Source: Octopus vulgaris
Taxonomy: Eukaryota
Assembly (NCBI GenBank): GCA_951406725.2
Contig: OX597814.1
Coordinates: 76,198,001 to 76,262,000 of the forward strand
Reading direction: 5' to 3'
DNA length: 64,000 nucleotides
Positions 26,049 through 38,361 of the stretch are shown here, piece after piece. The notes below the pieces were generated by a model. It was not told the DNA's origin, did no database searches, and was given only the letters and a program-made list of their open reading frames with translations. The position numbers and the translations under genes were made by a program. How positions within the stretch are numbered: the stretch's first letter is position 1; every line of letters begins with the position of its first letter.

Positions 26049-29000
26049 CGTGATTAAAATTAAATTTTATGACAATCTGTATTTAGAATACCATGTGCAT
26101 TATTATGTTAGTACTTAATTTTTTTAAACTTACTTTATAGTAATAAAATTATCTCCCTTCGTTTCGAGTGAAAGGGGGAGTTCAAGCGAAACTCAATAGT
26201 AGTACTTTCACTTTAGAAAGTGCTGCTTGGAACAAGCCAATAATAATTTAACAATTACATTTCAATTTTACATTTAAAAAGATGTTTATTAATACTCAAA
26301 ATATAAGCATATCTAAAAATAGAAATTCAATCCTGTGTCACCTTCATCGAAACTAAAATCCAAAACAATTGATGGTTTCAGCACAGAAGAGTTTATGGAA
26401 AAATTCAGGGCTTAAATCCTTAAGTTCAAGAAATTTAGGCGAGCTTTCAGAGAAAGTCTATCAAAACTCGCCTAAATTTAGTGCATAGAATTTTCAAAAC
26501 AAAACTAAAAGGCATTTTCTTTTCCTTTTATAAAACAAAACCGTGGCAAACAACTTTTTTGATCGCAGTATCAAATATAAGAGCTAAAACCGATTACGTA
26601 ATATAAACAAATTCGAATGAATAAAAAATATGGCATAGTTTCGCCAATATGGCATAGTTTCGGTTGTAGTAGCACAGATTTCCGTCGATTTCCGTAAAAA
26701 ACTTTTATTTTTTTACATAAGTAATGAGAGCGAAAGAGACTAAGAGGAAGCGATTTTGTGACGAGAAGGTTTCACTTTGAAGTCGGCCTGTGTGTGTTTG
26801 ATGGGGTGTGGGAGACAGACAGTATGTTGTGTAAGTGAAGTGCTTCTGTTAGTGTGTGCGAAGAGACAGACATACATATACACATACACCGAGTACATAC
26901 ATACATACACACACACACACACATAGATACATACACACACACATACATACACACACACATACTTATATACACACACATAGATACATACACACACACACAT
27001 ACATGCAGACATACATATACACATACACCGAGTAAAAAATTACACTGAATCGACCATACATACATACACACATATACATACACACACACACATACATAGA
27101 TACATACACACATACATACATACACATACACACATACATAGATACATACACACACACACATACATGCAGACATACATATACACATACACCGAGTAAAAAA
27201 TTACGATGAATCGGCCATACATACATACATATACACACACATACTTACACACACACACATACATAGATACATGCATACATACATATACACATACATGCAT
27301 ACATACATATACACATACACCGAGTAAAAAATCAGTTATCTCTCTCTTTCACACATTACTCTCTCTGTCTCTTCACACACACTAACAGAAGCACTTCACT
27401 TACACAACATACTGTCTGTCTCCCACACCCCATCAAACACACACAGGCCGATTTCAAAGTGAAACCTTCTCGTCATAAAATCGCTTCCTCTTAGTCTCTT
27501 TCGCTCTCATTACTTATGTAAAAAAATAAAAGTTTTTTACGGAAATCGACGGAAATCTGCGCTACGACATGCGAAACTTCGCCAAAAATATTTATGAACT
27601 GACATGTATAGACTTGCGATGCACAAGTCAAAACGTGTAAATGATATATTTCAAATGCATCAATAACCTAACTAGCTCAACCACAAAAATTTCAGCGATT
27701 GATTGATTATACAGGTAACTGTTGATTATTAGTTGAGATCATTTTTGCACACACATACATTCTGAACATATAAATTATAATTCATAAACTAAATAAAAAG
27801 TACAAGATATATTTAGTCTCAACACAATTATATCAACTGTAAAATATACGAAAATTGTAAATATTCATTACACGAACCCAAATATAAACAATAAAGCGAT
27901 ATTATTTTAACAAAACAATACAGGCTTGAACATTGAACACACGTAAGATACATGTTCAGTTATTCAATGGATTGTTTAAACGCACTCCATCTCCTCCCTT
28001 AAAGATGCGTCTATATTAGATTCAAAAATTTAGGATTTCGACGCTTAAATTTTTGCAACCGTTATATTAAAATATTTGTATATATGAACCAAAATAAGAG
28101 GAACAAAAAACAAAATATTTTTAATAAAATATAGCATTAAATAAAAACAATTGAACACAATAAGCCTCTTCCTTAGCGACTGACATCAAATAATTAAAAA
28201 CACCTATATAGAAAAAGCATGGCCTTTCAACTTTCCAACCATTTTCTTTATTTTAACCATTACAGCATAGTATTTATTTGTCGGCCGTTAAAAGTTAAAT
28301 TCACTTTTATCTTGTTAAAATATGCATCCAAGTATTTCTATCGTATGATGATCTGGACACTTATACTTCATACAAATGCTGATCGTACATTCAAGAGGAT
28401 GGATACTTTATATTTTACTTACACTGCTGTAATAGAAAATGTAACAAATGGAACATGTTTTCAACCATTATTATAAATTGGTTCACTTTCTATACACGAT
28501 CTCAGATCAAGACACAATTTCTCCAATTCAGTCATATTATTCTTAACCCTTTTAAGTCATCCCTGCACATGTACATTTTCTTTGCCGCCATAGAAACTAA
28601 TGCAGGAAGCTTTGTTAGCAGAATCTTAAATCTATTACTGCTAACTGCAGATTTACTAGTTTAATTTTATATATTTTTTACATCTAAGTTAAAAATTTAC
28701 TTTTGGTGAAAATGATTACCTATATATAAATTTAATGGAACAAGTACGTATATTGTACACAAAACGAATATTTCTGAATGATATCGAATGCCTATATATC
28801 TTTAAATCCCTAAAATGTGCCATTATCAATCATATCAAGTCATGTAACATTAGAGGGACGAACGAAACAGACCTACATGAAAATGCTAATATTTATTCTA
28901 AGAGCTTTATGATAAAATTTCACGATTCGCATTATTGTATGTCACACTAATGACAAAACTGTTTATTTAATCCTTTTATTGTCAGATAAAAAAAAGTCAA

Positions 29001-29706
29001 TATAATACATGCTAAGATTATTTTTAATATTGAATAACTTAGCAAAAAATTAGCAAGGCTTGAGAACTGAGAGAACTTAAACCGACACGCGGTGGATGCT
29101 CCTTTAAAACACCGAAGCAATAAGTATGTTTGTTGTAACGCTAGAAATGGCGGTCAAGCGCCAACAAGTTGAGATAGCTCACCTAGCTTATCGCCTGGTT
29201 TGAAGCTATCATTACATTACAAATAGAAGATAAAATCTTGGATGAAATAATTCAGTACGGAAAAATAGTTAATGTTTGTAGCAAAACTATGTACTAATCA
29301 GCTATCAATAAATGGAGAAAATGTAGAGTGAGTGAACATGCAAGATAACACTAAAAACAAGACACTGGGTATTTATTTACGGTACTATTTATTTACTAAA
29401 TGCATAAGAATTCTATAAACCGAACGAAAGGAAAAAAAAACCTTAGATCGTTTATAATTAATTTCTCAGTAGTGAAAAGACTAAATATAACATTTTCGAC
29501 AGGGTTCCATCCGTAAATTGATGCGATGTATTTAATGGCCTATACGATTCTTTTAAAAAGCAAATATATACATCTTCCTTTACAAGTGATAATTATATGA
29601 AATAAGATAACTACATTTATCATAAATAAAAATCTTTTTTTTGTATAAAACCAAAATATAGATAAATTTGTTATAGTTAACTTACCTCGTTTTCCTTGTC
29701 ACTCAT
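12819..29706 (-). CDS. tra2: Transformer-2 homolog (SR-like splicing regulator), 10 coding exons: 29706-29686, 22977-22736, 21566-21495, 21388-21374, 21180-21051, 19565-19437, 16723-16664, 16327-16212, 16097-16009, 12829-12819; 294 aa
   Basis: All exons are bounded by GT-AG with consistent phases, totalling 885 nt. Translation gives MSDKENE, an RS domain, SPMSSRRR, an RRM ([20 protein letters not shown] ... [10 protein letters not shown] ... [12 protein letters not shown]), the Tra2-diagnostic linker [15 protein letters not shown], then RSPSPYY...[12 protein letters not shown], matching the TRA2A/TRA2B family. Confidence 0.95.
13453..13647. mobile_element. hAT (Charlie-like) MITE in tra2 intron 9
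   Basis: CAGTGTTTCTCAAC ... GTTGAGAACCAC termini. Confidence 0.6.
16009..16097 (-). CDS. tra2: tra2 exon 9 (RS2: [29 protein letters not shown])
   Basis: gtttcag|AGAAGG...TCCCC|gtaagt; 89 nt, phase 2 to 1. Confidence 0.94.
16212..16327 (-). CDS. tra2: tra2 exon 8 ([38 protein letters not shown])
   Basis: atttcag|GCGAAA...ACTTC|gtaagt; 116 nt; Tra2 linker motif. Confidence 0.96.
16664..16723 (-). CDS. tra2: tra2 exon 7 (RNP1: [20 protein letters not shown])
   Basis: tttgtag|TCTGGC...ATGGAG|gtaagt; 60 nt; [11 protein letters not shown]1 octamer. Confidence 0.96.
17024..18047 (-). mobile_element. Non-autonomous piggyBac-like element in tra2 intron 6
   Basis: Perfect 14-bp TIR CCCTTTCGTTACTA / TAGTAACGAAAGGG with TTAA on both sides; decayed acidic/Ser-rich N-terminal ORF remnant on the minus strand ([10 protein letters not shown]...). 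Confidence 0.88.
18918..19393 (+). mobile_element. Internally deleted mariner fossil in tra2 intron 6
   Basis: TA|ctagggaaggtaaaaaattatctgcac ... gtgtataatttttgatt degenerate TIRs; translation [12 protein letters not shown]...[11 protein letters not shown]...RSV*E*IRKF (mariner N-terminal HTH) joined to C-terminal ...KQGAYVEK. Confidence 0.75.
19437..19565 (-). CDS. tra2: tra2 exon 6 (RRM N-half, RNP2: [43 protein letters not shown])
   Basis: cctttcag|GACAAC...GACAG|gtaata; 129 nt; very close to the Tra2 RRM consensus. Confidence 0.96.
20112..20381 (-). other. Candidate stop-containing cassette exon in tra2 intron 5
   Basis: GATTC|gtgagt donor at 20106-20111; GAA-rich body; first AG after a ~78-nt AG-free zone containing a U-tract; reads CGG ACA TGA in phase 0. 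Confidence 0.4.
21051..21180 (-). CDS. tra2: tra2 exon 5 ([13 protein letters not shown]...[13 protein letters not shown])
   Basis: ccttgcag|TCGTTCT...AGCCGA|gtaagt; 130 nt, phase 2 to 0; conserved SPMSxRRR motif. Confidence 0.93.
21374..21388 (-). CDS. tra2: tra2 exon 4, 15-nt microexon (YSRSRS across junctions)
   Basis: tttcttacag|CTCAAGAAGCAGGAG|gtaagc; strong splice sites, phase 2-2, RS-coding in frame. Confidence 0.8.
21495..21566 (-). CDS. tra2: tra2 exon 3 ([24 protein letters not shown])
   Basis: taatag|ATCAAGA...AGATA|gtaagt; 72 nt, symmetric phase 2-2, RS-coding. Confidence 0.88.
21730..21945 (+). mobile_element. RTE LINE 3'-end fragment in tra2 intron 2
   Basis: gcatccagc..tagaaaccatgcca...tcaaaccatccaacccatgccagca, the same tail as the RTE copies at 48000-48180 and 34860-35020. 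Confidence 0.75.
22736..22977 (-). CDS. tra2: tra2 exon 2 (RS1: [10 protein letters not shown]...RRSYSRS)
   Basis: tttgttacag|AGGAGCCGT...TCAAG|gtaaat; 242 nt, phase 0 to 2; lies within ORF 22732..23037. Confidence 0.93.
23401..25711. repeat. Nested inverted-repeat (fold-back) DNA-transposon-like complex in tra2 intron 1
   Basis: Arm pairs: 23401-23659/25442-25711; 24136-24228/25244-25337; 23838-23930/24015-24102; 24584-24635/24785-24837. Confidence 0.8.
24410..24570 (-). mobile_element. Degenerate 3' half of the tRNA-derived octopus-type SINE
   Basis: tttacttgcttcagtca...gcggctatgctaaagcaccgcc...tagtacttattcta, like 33062-33230. Confidence 0.65.
26632..27583. mobile_element. MITE with ~220-bp TIRs, 8-bp TSD (aaaaatat) and a CA-rich minisatellite core; Merlin-like termini
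   Basis: Arms ~26651-26870 and ~27364-27583 are near-perfect reverse complements; GGC...GCC termini; aaaaatat at 26624-26631 and 27584-27591; interior of repeated catacaccgagta units. Confidence 0.85.
29686..29706 (-). CDS. tra2: tra2 exon 1 coding part (MSDKENE)
   Basis: aaaaATGAGTGACAAGGAAAACGAG|gtaag; a short MSD- first exon in phase 0, as in vertebrate TRA2 genes, in frame with exon 2. Confidence 0.85.
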
Positions 29707-30330
29707 TTTTGTTTTTTACTTTTGCTTAATGTTGATAAGATGTAAAACTATATTCAAATAAAAATTACTCTGCTACTAATGCGCAAAGTAGAAAAAAAAA
29801 GCAGAAACTTTCCCCAACGCTCTAATAACGAGCTGAGGTGACGGATAAGTTTGTTGTTTTTTTTTTCTTCTCTAAATGCGTAGAGTCAGAAAAGAATCTC
29901 AACTACAACCATACGAGAGCATGTGTGTAGAGAGAGAAAATATGGCGTAGAATAATCCTGTTCCCTCACTGTCTTACCTCTTACCTTCACTCACTCATTA
30001 AAACTCCTCCTTCTTTCACCTCGTTTTGGGTTGGGTTTTTTTTTTCTAGAATCTCTCTCACTTCTTTAATCCCTCTTCCCGCTCCTCACATATACACGTC
30101 ACATTTACAATATTACAAAAAGTATATACACAGAGAGAAGCTATACGCCTAAACAAATTTATACCGACATATACATGCACATGTGTGTGTATATGTAGTG
30201 ATAAAGGAGGTTCATCTACGCGCCTTCTACAGAGGGAGAAGAGAAACATGTACGCGTTTTTATTAAATGTTGTTTCTATTGTTCAGAGTTACCGGAATTT
30301 ACCGAATTTTGCCGATCGTTTTTGTATTCA
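29707..30330 (-). promoter_or_regulatory. Probable tra2 5' UTR and promoter region
   Basis: Directly upstream of the ATG, repeat-free and relatively CpG-rich; YY1-like aaaatatggcg at ~29937-29947 and ETS-like accggaa at ~30291; TSS not determinable. Confidence 0.45.
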
Positions 30331-32379
30331 TGCACACACGCTTACACACAGCATTTATGTTTAATTAATAAACTAAGTAGGTATAGTTAATTTCTTAAGA
30401 AAATTACACGATATCGCAACTGCTGCATTTTAAAACCAGTTTATTTTACTAACTTAGATATTGAACTTAGGTAATATTAGTGTTTCGCGCCGAATCTGGA
30501 TAAGGGCCAATAAATTTGTTAGATGTTTTCTCGGCCAGAAGGTACAAAGACGAATTTGAAATAGCTAAGATTTGAACTTAAAAATAGAACCTCGAAAAAC
30601 TAAGACAATACATATACTCTGACGTTCAACCGATTATGCTAATTTCATTCAGTTTGTGGAAAGGAAAAGAAATTTTGACCCTTCGTTTTATAATTTGAAA
30701 TGATACGAAATCATTTTTTAATTCAAACTGGATATTCATTTAGTTTATTTTTAGACATTAAAGTATATTTTTTTTTATTCGATATCAAACTTCACTTGAT
30801 AACTATCAATTACACAGCATTAAAAGTCATTCAAATATAATCACACGTATTAATTTTAACACTAACAGCAAATGCATGTAAAGAGATAAATATATTTACA
30901 TTGACACTAAATTTGAAATGTGCGTAGGAGGAGAGTTAATTGTGTTTACTTTGAAAATAGTCATAAGCTTTCAGATAACTACGGTGGTTCAATTTCTCAT
31001 AGAAATTATTTGGAAAACCATGTAGAGATTATACTTGGCCTGAAATAACTCATTGGAAAGACCATTTGTTAATAACTTTCGGCATCAAAGTTATTAACTG
31101 TATGTATATATATATATATATATATATGATCCTATATGGATCTTTTCATTTTTGAAGCCAGGACCACAGCTCTTTCTACTTAACTAAATAATTAGAATTG
31201 AAAAGATCCTATTATATATATATATATATATATATATTATATGGACCTAATTGCTGTTCACCTTTTTAGGGCTTTAACGAAGTGAAGAGAAATGTCATAA
31301 GGATCGATATTGAATGATTGATGTACATATAGTAACATCCTACCGTCTCAAAAAGAGAAGGACACGTTTAATAATGGTCTTAAATATCCCTTTTAAAAAT
31401 AGCGAGATAGTCACGGAGGTCTAATAAATGTTCATTTAAGACAGAAACTGTCAATTTAGTTCAGCTAAGAATTTGGTACAAAGAAACTTTTCTGAGACAT
31501 TGTGCTTGATGGAAAATATGTTCGAAATCATTTAGGTTAACAGCGATTTTCTGACAGATTTTATAGCAATTTGAGTCTGCAAAAGGGAAGTTTATTGGGT
31601 TTAGGACAAACTGAACTGTATTGTTGCTTCTTAAAGAATGGTTAAATTGGCTTAAGAATCAAAACAAAAATAAATATAAGCAAGATAACTGCTACATTAT
31701 ATAGTTAGTGCTTCTAAGTAATTTCACTTGAAGGTTGTTAGTTATTTAAGTGGAAGTTGCCTCCATATACCAAAGAAATTTTAACTGAATTAAAGGGAAA
31801 TGTCCTTTATAAATATTCAAGTTTCCCCCCACCCCAACATTTTTCTTGACATGTATTCTCTGTACAAATACGTCTTTTTAATAAATTATATTTATGCTCA
31901 GTAATTGCGCTTCATTTTTCAGCTCCCATTTAAATGAATTCATTTGAGAAATTATGCAACTCTATACACAGTCATGTACACACACTCACTAATCCTTAAG
32001 GCGTAATATACGACCTAAAAGCAGCCAGATTACATTTAAAGGATATATGTTTATATTTCAAATTAAATTATTTTTTTATTCTTGTCAATTTAGAAATGAA
32101 AATTAAATATTAATCAACATTCGATTACATAACTCTCTTGTACATTAACAAATAAAAATCATTTCGGACAAAACTCAACGATTATCTTGCAACTGTAAGG
32201 TAATTCATTTACTATCAGTTTTTTCCCCCTTTGGTAACCAATACTGAAGGTATGCTACGCATGTGCTTTATGAATGTAAGAGAAGCGATGAACTTTTCTC
32301 CATTTTCATCTTTTCTGGCTGATTATTTTAAAGAATGAATATATATATTTTTCTCACTTCTATATTTTTTATACCTTTC

Positions 32380-33030
32380 TTTTCCTTTTTCTCACGTTTT
32401 TCCATTTCTGTGAAAGAGTGGTGGTGTCTGTAGAAACACTGTTCCCTTTTGCTGTTGAGAGAGAGGGTCTGCCTAATATGTCACTAGGTTTTTGATACCA
32501 TCATCAAGTATTTATTTGCTTTTAGCATTTCCCTCTGTTGACATCAATCGGATCAAACCCTCTCAATTCCACTTTAACAGTCTCTGTATGCCCTTCGTTT
32601 GAGCTCTGTTGCTTTATGTCAGTTAAATTTTTTCATTGAATCTCGTGAGCCTCAAACCAGTGGGCGATGCTGTTATAAGCTGTCCCCTCAGCTCATAGCG
32701 TACAGTTTTCTATATCTCAGCATGTTACAGGATTTGTGAGGCATATTCCATATCATTGACTTCCAATTGGGCTATCCGCAGGAACTGACGTAACTTATAA
32801 ATCTTTCCATCAAAAATACTCTCTGGAAAATCAGCACATTGAAAAAGGCAAATAAAAAAAAAATCGACCAAACTACTAACATTTTTTTTATCCATAGGCT
32901 CGTGAACAGCCCCTAATATTTTTGGGCAGCAATAAAAACTCTGAACATCCTCTTGTAAATCGTCGTTGCGAAAATGAACAAGCATAGAAACATTTTTTGA
33001 CTGATTTCAAACATTACTTTTCCATTATAG
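32380..33030 (-). mobile_element. Very old LINE C-terminal remnant (RTE-like)
   Basis: Decayed reading frame (ORF 32725..32985 and downstream) weakly resembling the post-RT region of RTE ORFs. Confidence 0.3.
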
Positions 33031-33061
33031 GATTTATCTGACTTCGATGTACAAATATATT

Positions 33062-33469
33062 TACTCTTTTACTTGTTTCAGTCATTTGACTGTGGCCATG
33101 CTGGAGCACCGCCTTTAGTCGAGCAAATCGCCCCAGGACTTATTCTTTGTAAGCCTAATACTTATTCTATCGGTCTATTTTGCCGAACCGCTATGTTACG
33201 GGGACGTAAACACACCAGCATCGGTTGGCAAGCGATGTTGGGGGGGGGAACAAACACAGACACACAAACATATACACACATACATACATATATATACATA
33301 TATACGACGGGCTTCTTTCAGTTTCCGTCTACCAAATCCACTCACAAGGCTTTGGTCGGCCCGAGGATATAATAGAAGACACTTGCCCAAGGTGCTACGC
33401 AGTGGGACTGAACCCAGAACCATGTGGTTCATAAGCAAGCTACTTTACCACACAGCCACTCCTACACCT
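33062..33469 (-). mobile_element. Near-full-length tRNA-derived SINE (octopus OK/OR-type)
   Basis: Reverse complement of 51422-51820: A/B boxes, accttgggcaagtgtc core, internal (TA/TG)n, gactgaaacaagtaaaaga tail. Confidence 0.9.
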
Positions 33470-33879
33470 ATTATTATTGTATCTGTGTTTGTTTTGATAT
33501 TAAGACAGAAAAATATCAACCTTCTTTGTAAAAGATTTTGGACCGAAACAAATTTTGTTTCCACAAGTTTTTATCTCACTATCATGTCTAAGATCAAAAA
33601 CTTCGGTCAAACTTTGATCCTCTTCTCCACTTACTAACACTCAAATTTCATATGTCTTATTCATCTCTGAGACTGATTTCTCACCAACTATTTCTAAAAA
33701 CCACTTTCCCTTTTATCCTTGATATCAAAAATAAAAATATCTAATTATTTTGGCTCAAAATCTCCCTTCACCTAAATTCATCTTCTGTCTCTTCCACTCA
33801 CTGACCTGCAGATAATGCAATCACGTTTGCTGCCTGCTTTACTTCCAGCTCTACACAGTTCACAAAACAGGACTCCTTA

Positions 33880-35020
33880 TAAACTATATTCCAGGCGTGG
33901 AAGCAAAATCTAGAATCTTAAAGTTAACTTAGCAAAGACTAAGGTCCTAGTAAGCAAGAAGACTGAAAGGACCCTAATCCCCTCAGGTAGGTGACCCTTT
34001 TCAATTTTTAGGAAAGGTGTAGGTAGGAATTCCATTTAGTACTTAGTGTAAGCTATGGACACACGAGATGCAGTGGATTAATAGGAAGGTTATCAGAGAA
34101 GATGGTTTTCATGTGTGGCAGATGCACAGGATCCATAAAAATTTTGGAAACCCAGTAAATTGATTCTCTCAAATGCCCTGGTGGCTCATTGGAGGTAGTA
34201 GATAATTTCTACCACCTAGGAGACCAAATTAGTAATGGGAGAGGATGCATGGAGATTATGATAGCTAGAATAAAATTAGGATGGAGCAAATTCAGAGAGC
34301 AGTTTCCTCTATTGGCCTGGCCATGAAAGGTTTCCCTCTATGAGTGAAAGGAAGATTGTATAATGCATGTGTACAGACAACAATTCTACATGGTAGTGAG
34401 ATGTGAGCCCTGAATACAGAGGACATGCAAAGGTTAGAAAGGAATGAGGCTAGTATGATCCACTGGTTGTGTAATATAAGTGTACATGTTTGACAGATTG
34501 CTAATGTTTTGAGAGAGAAGTTAGGCTTAAGAGGAATTGGCTGCTGTGTTGTTTTGGTCATGTGACGCAGATGGATGCCAACAGCATCATAAAGAAGTGC
34601 CAATTTCAAAGTGGATGGAACACATGGAAGTAGGAGACCCAGTTAGACATGGAATGAAGTACTGAAGAACAACCTCAGGAAGCTGAACCTTTCATGCAAT
34701 ATGACAAAAGACCAAAATGCTTGGTGCCTTGCTGTACTCAAGAAGACCTGTACTCTGTAGCAGAAGTGTTAAGACCAGTCCCGCTGGTGGCGAAAAGCAC
34801 TCATGGTAGTTCCACATAAAAGTGCTACGTAAAAGTGTCCATGCAGTGCCATGTAAAAGTACCCAGCACATTCTGTAAAGTGGTTGGTGTTAGGAAGGGT
34901 ACCCAGCTGTAGAAACCATGCCAAATCAGACTGGAGCCTGGTGCAGCTTGCCAGCTCTGGTCAAACCATCCAACCCATGCCAGCATGGACAGCACATTTT
35001 AAATGATGATGATGATGATG
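33880..35020 (+). mobile_element. Degenerate 5'-truncated RTE-clade LINE
   Basis: LKVNLAKTKVL ... RKGVGRNS ... LEVVDNFYHLGDQ ... LERNEASM; 3' UTR and (GAT)n tail. Confidence 0.88.
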
Positions 35021-36019
35021 TTGAGTGCAGAAACTTCTTCAATCACTCCAACTTTAAAAAAAAAAAAACACTGTTGGTCTCCATAGTTTCACTTCCATAA
35101 CTTGCAAACAGTTTTTTGTTTTGTTAAAGCTAGCTGCTTTCCTCACCAAGCTCTTCAATCTTACTTTATAGGAATATACTATAATAACTTATGGAAGAAT
35201 GCAACAAGGAAACCCTAAAAAGACAATAACTTTGACCCTGCCAACTTATCTAAGGCCTACACAACTGAGCATCACAAAAGTGATGGAGAAAATTTGTAAA
35301 CAACCAATTTTTTTTATCACCTCCATGAGTTTTTCTTTTTTTAGTTATCACTAGAATTCCAATAGTCTTTCTTAAGTACATTATCATGCCCTTCTCTGTC
35401 ACTCCCAACAACATACCCCTTGGTAATTCTTCTTGCACAATAACCTCCTGTGTGCATACACACACACACACACATACACACACACACACTCACACACACA
35501 CACATACACACACACACAAACACACACACACACACAGGTGTCTGTTAACCAAAATCAACTATCAAATCTCATCTCAGACTGGTATTGCTCTCTTGTTGTT
35601 GTTGAACATATCAGTGTGATCATTGCAATAGGCTTCTGCTAAAGGATCTATTTCATCTTGACAAGGTCATTACCCGACAGCTTAGCTGCTAGTGATGACA
35701 AGGCAGTACTAATTCACAACCTTGGCTTACCATTTCTTTAGTCTTGTAGGACATTGTACACATACAAGTATTGTTCTGTTTTGTTTTTGTTTTTAAGGGT
35801 TCATACACACATGAATACATAATATTTCAAAACTAGGCTCAGTCATATTTTTATGAAGGGAATAAATAATTATAATAAACCCACTTCTCTATTTTATCAT
35901 CTTTAGAAGGATGAAAAACAAAGTTGACCCTATATGATTTAAACACATAATATGAAATTTGATACTTTATATATTGACTGACAATTATTTCGTATACTTA
36001 TTTTTTTTTATTCTACTGA

Positions 36020-36150
36020 AGGCCTCATGGTTATGGTGTTACATTCATGATCAAAAGATTGTGGATTCAATTCCTGGACTAGGTAGTGCATTGTGTCCTT
36101 GAGCAAGGCATTCCATTTCCTATTGCTCCAGTCTATTTAACTGAAATAAG
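36020..36150 (+). mobile_element. Old tRNA-headed SINE fragment
   Basis: A-box-like ggcctcatggtta, B-box-like ggattcaattcc, then tgtgtccttgagcaagg core. Confidence 0.55.
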
Positions 36151-37098
36151 CAGAGTGTTGATGCACAATTTGGACATTCTACTTGGTGGAAGATGGAAGA
36201 GCTAAGAAGATGTTTATGTCTGCTCACAATTAAATTGATATCCAAAACAATTAAAAAATGCATGGTAAATACCACCAGGTGAGTCCTGGCTATATTCTTT
36301 CAATCCTATACATATTTACCCCTGATTTTTGTTGCATTAAAATATTTATTTTTCATTATAATATTCTTTATTTTTCTTTTTGCTTCTTTTTTAGCTGAAC
36401 AAAAACTCTGGCCTACACTGTTCATAACCTAAGAAACATGTTTATTTTTAGCATATTCTCGGTGTAGATAGTTGCATCAGTCAAATACATGAACATACAC
36501 AAACCAATAAGAGAACCTCTATGATTTCGTTCATCATGTTAGAAATAACAACCAAATTTCTTTCCATTCACACCCTACCATTTTAAAAAATGAAGGGCAC
36601 ACTGAATATTGTCATTTTAGATATGGCATTAATACATGATTAGTATGGTTTTTGAGTATAAGTCATTACGACTGAGAATGAGCTGGAGTTAAACAACAAC
36701 ATAAGCAAACATTAGAACAACTTACTGTATGTCAGTTCTGTTGCAAACAATCGATCCCCCTTCCAGTTGGTCAAAAACCTTAGGTCCTGTTTCTTCTAAT
36801 ACATTTGTTTTCTAAAACAATCATTCTTGTAGCTCAGAATCTATGAAAGTAAGAAAGTTCAATTACATCGATGCATCAAAAAATTAACAAAACAAATTGT
36901 TGAAAAATCATTTTTGTCACTTTTTTTCATGATTTAACTTTTTTACAAGTTATTTGAGATAAAATATACAATCAATCTCCATTTTGATATGTGGTATGCA
37001 GAGTGGGAAATGAAATACGATAAACAAAATGCAGAAAATTAAATACAAAAGATGTAAGTTCAGGCACATATGTATGTAGTAACATTATTTCTTTCAAA

Positions 37099-37218
37099 GT
37101 GAGCTAGCAGAAACGTTAGCACGCCAGATGAAGTGCTTCGCAGTTGTGTACTGGGGTCGATCTAATTGACTGACTCCACTCTCCAAAAATTTTGGGCCTT
37201 GTGCCTTGAGGAGAAAAG
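37099..37218 (+). mobile_element. Internally deleted SINE with 18-bp TSD
   Basis: aacattatttctttcaaa at 37081-37098 and 37219-37236; head gtgagctagcagaaacgttagcacgc. Confidence 0.8.
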
Positions 37219-37809
37219 AACATTATTTCTTTCAAACATTGGCCTAAATAGTCAGTAGTGCAAAACACATTCATAGATTGTCTGCATATGTAAGAAAGAC
37301 TTTTATATTCATTTGTAAAATCATTTTTAATATTAAAGTCAAATATGTATATTTTTTTCTATTATATTACATTAAGGGCTGTTACTAAGTAAAGCCACAC
37401 ACTGGAAAGGGTGTGGCTTTACTTATAGTAACAATCTTAATGTAATAATGTATTTTTAAAAATTATATACTTAGTTTTAATTTTTTTACCTTAATCGGTT
37501 TTACATACTGGCTACTTCATAAAATCTTATATAGATTTTATCCATATATTTAATTGATATCTTTTCTCCTATGTATATAACAAAATGCACATCTAGTCTA
37601 ACATTGTATTTCATATTTTTATATTCATGTAAGTTCACACATTTATATATACACAGTCAGATATATACTGTTAGAATATATATAAATATTAGTTTTTTTT
37701 AAAAGAAGTGTAAGGAAACTGGCAAAAATTTGCCTTAAGACCTTTGTCTGAATGTAAATTTTTATGATGTGCATGAATTTAAGTTCATTCACTCTTAAAT
37801 TGTGCTGTA

Positions 37810-38110
37810 TGTGAAGCATAAGTATGTTTAAATGATATTATCCAAATGTGTTGAGAAAAACTGGGCATGAAAGGAATCAGATGTAGTGTGCAAGGGGGAG
37901 GGCAGCTCTGGTAAGAAGATGTGATGTGTATGGATGAGGCCAGCTGTATAAAGAAGTGCTGATCACTTAATATCGATGGAGTTTGCAGAAGAGAAAGCCA
38001 TGTAATGAAATACTGAAGGTTAATCTCAGGACTTTGAATCTTATGGATGAGATGACAAAGGACCAGCATGACTGTTATTATGCAGTTCTCAAGAAGACTT
38101 GCTAACCTCA
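37810..38110 (+). mobile_element. Old RTE LINE C-terminal fragment
   Basis: ttgagaaaaactgggcatgaaaggaatcagatgtagtgtgcaag...ctcaagaagac is homologous to 47050-47310. Confidence 0.65.
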
Positions 38111-38315
38111 GTGAAACTGAACTCTGGAAGTAGTGTGTGTGTGTGTGCATATGTGTATGTGTGTATACACATATGAGCCCTTCATCCAATTTCTTACTTA
38201 AGACATCTCCAGCACTCATCATCTCTCTAAGTTCACCCTTATACTATCCTCTCCAGCTATATTTTACATTGATCCTCCCACTCTAAGCCACTAATTTATC
38301 TCCACTTCTATATCA

Positions 38316-38361
<46 letters not shown>

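Noticed and set aside
23000-29680. Vertebrate-style AGAA-rich poison exon in tra2 intron 1
   Set aside because: Looked for by eye and not found; the intron is dominated by fold-back elements and AT-rich sequence.
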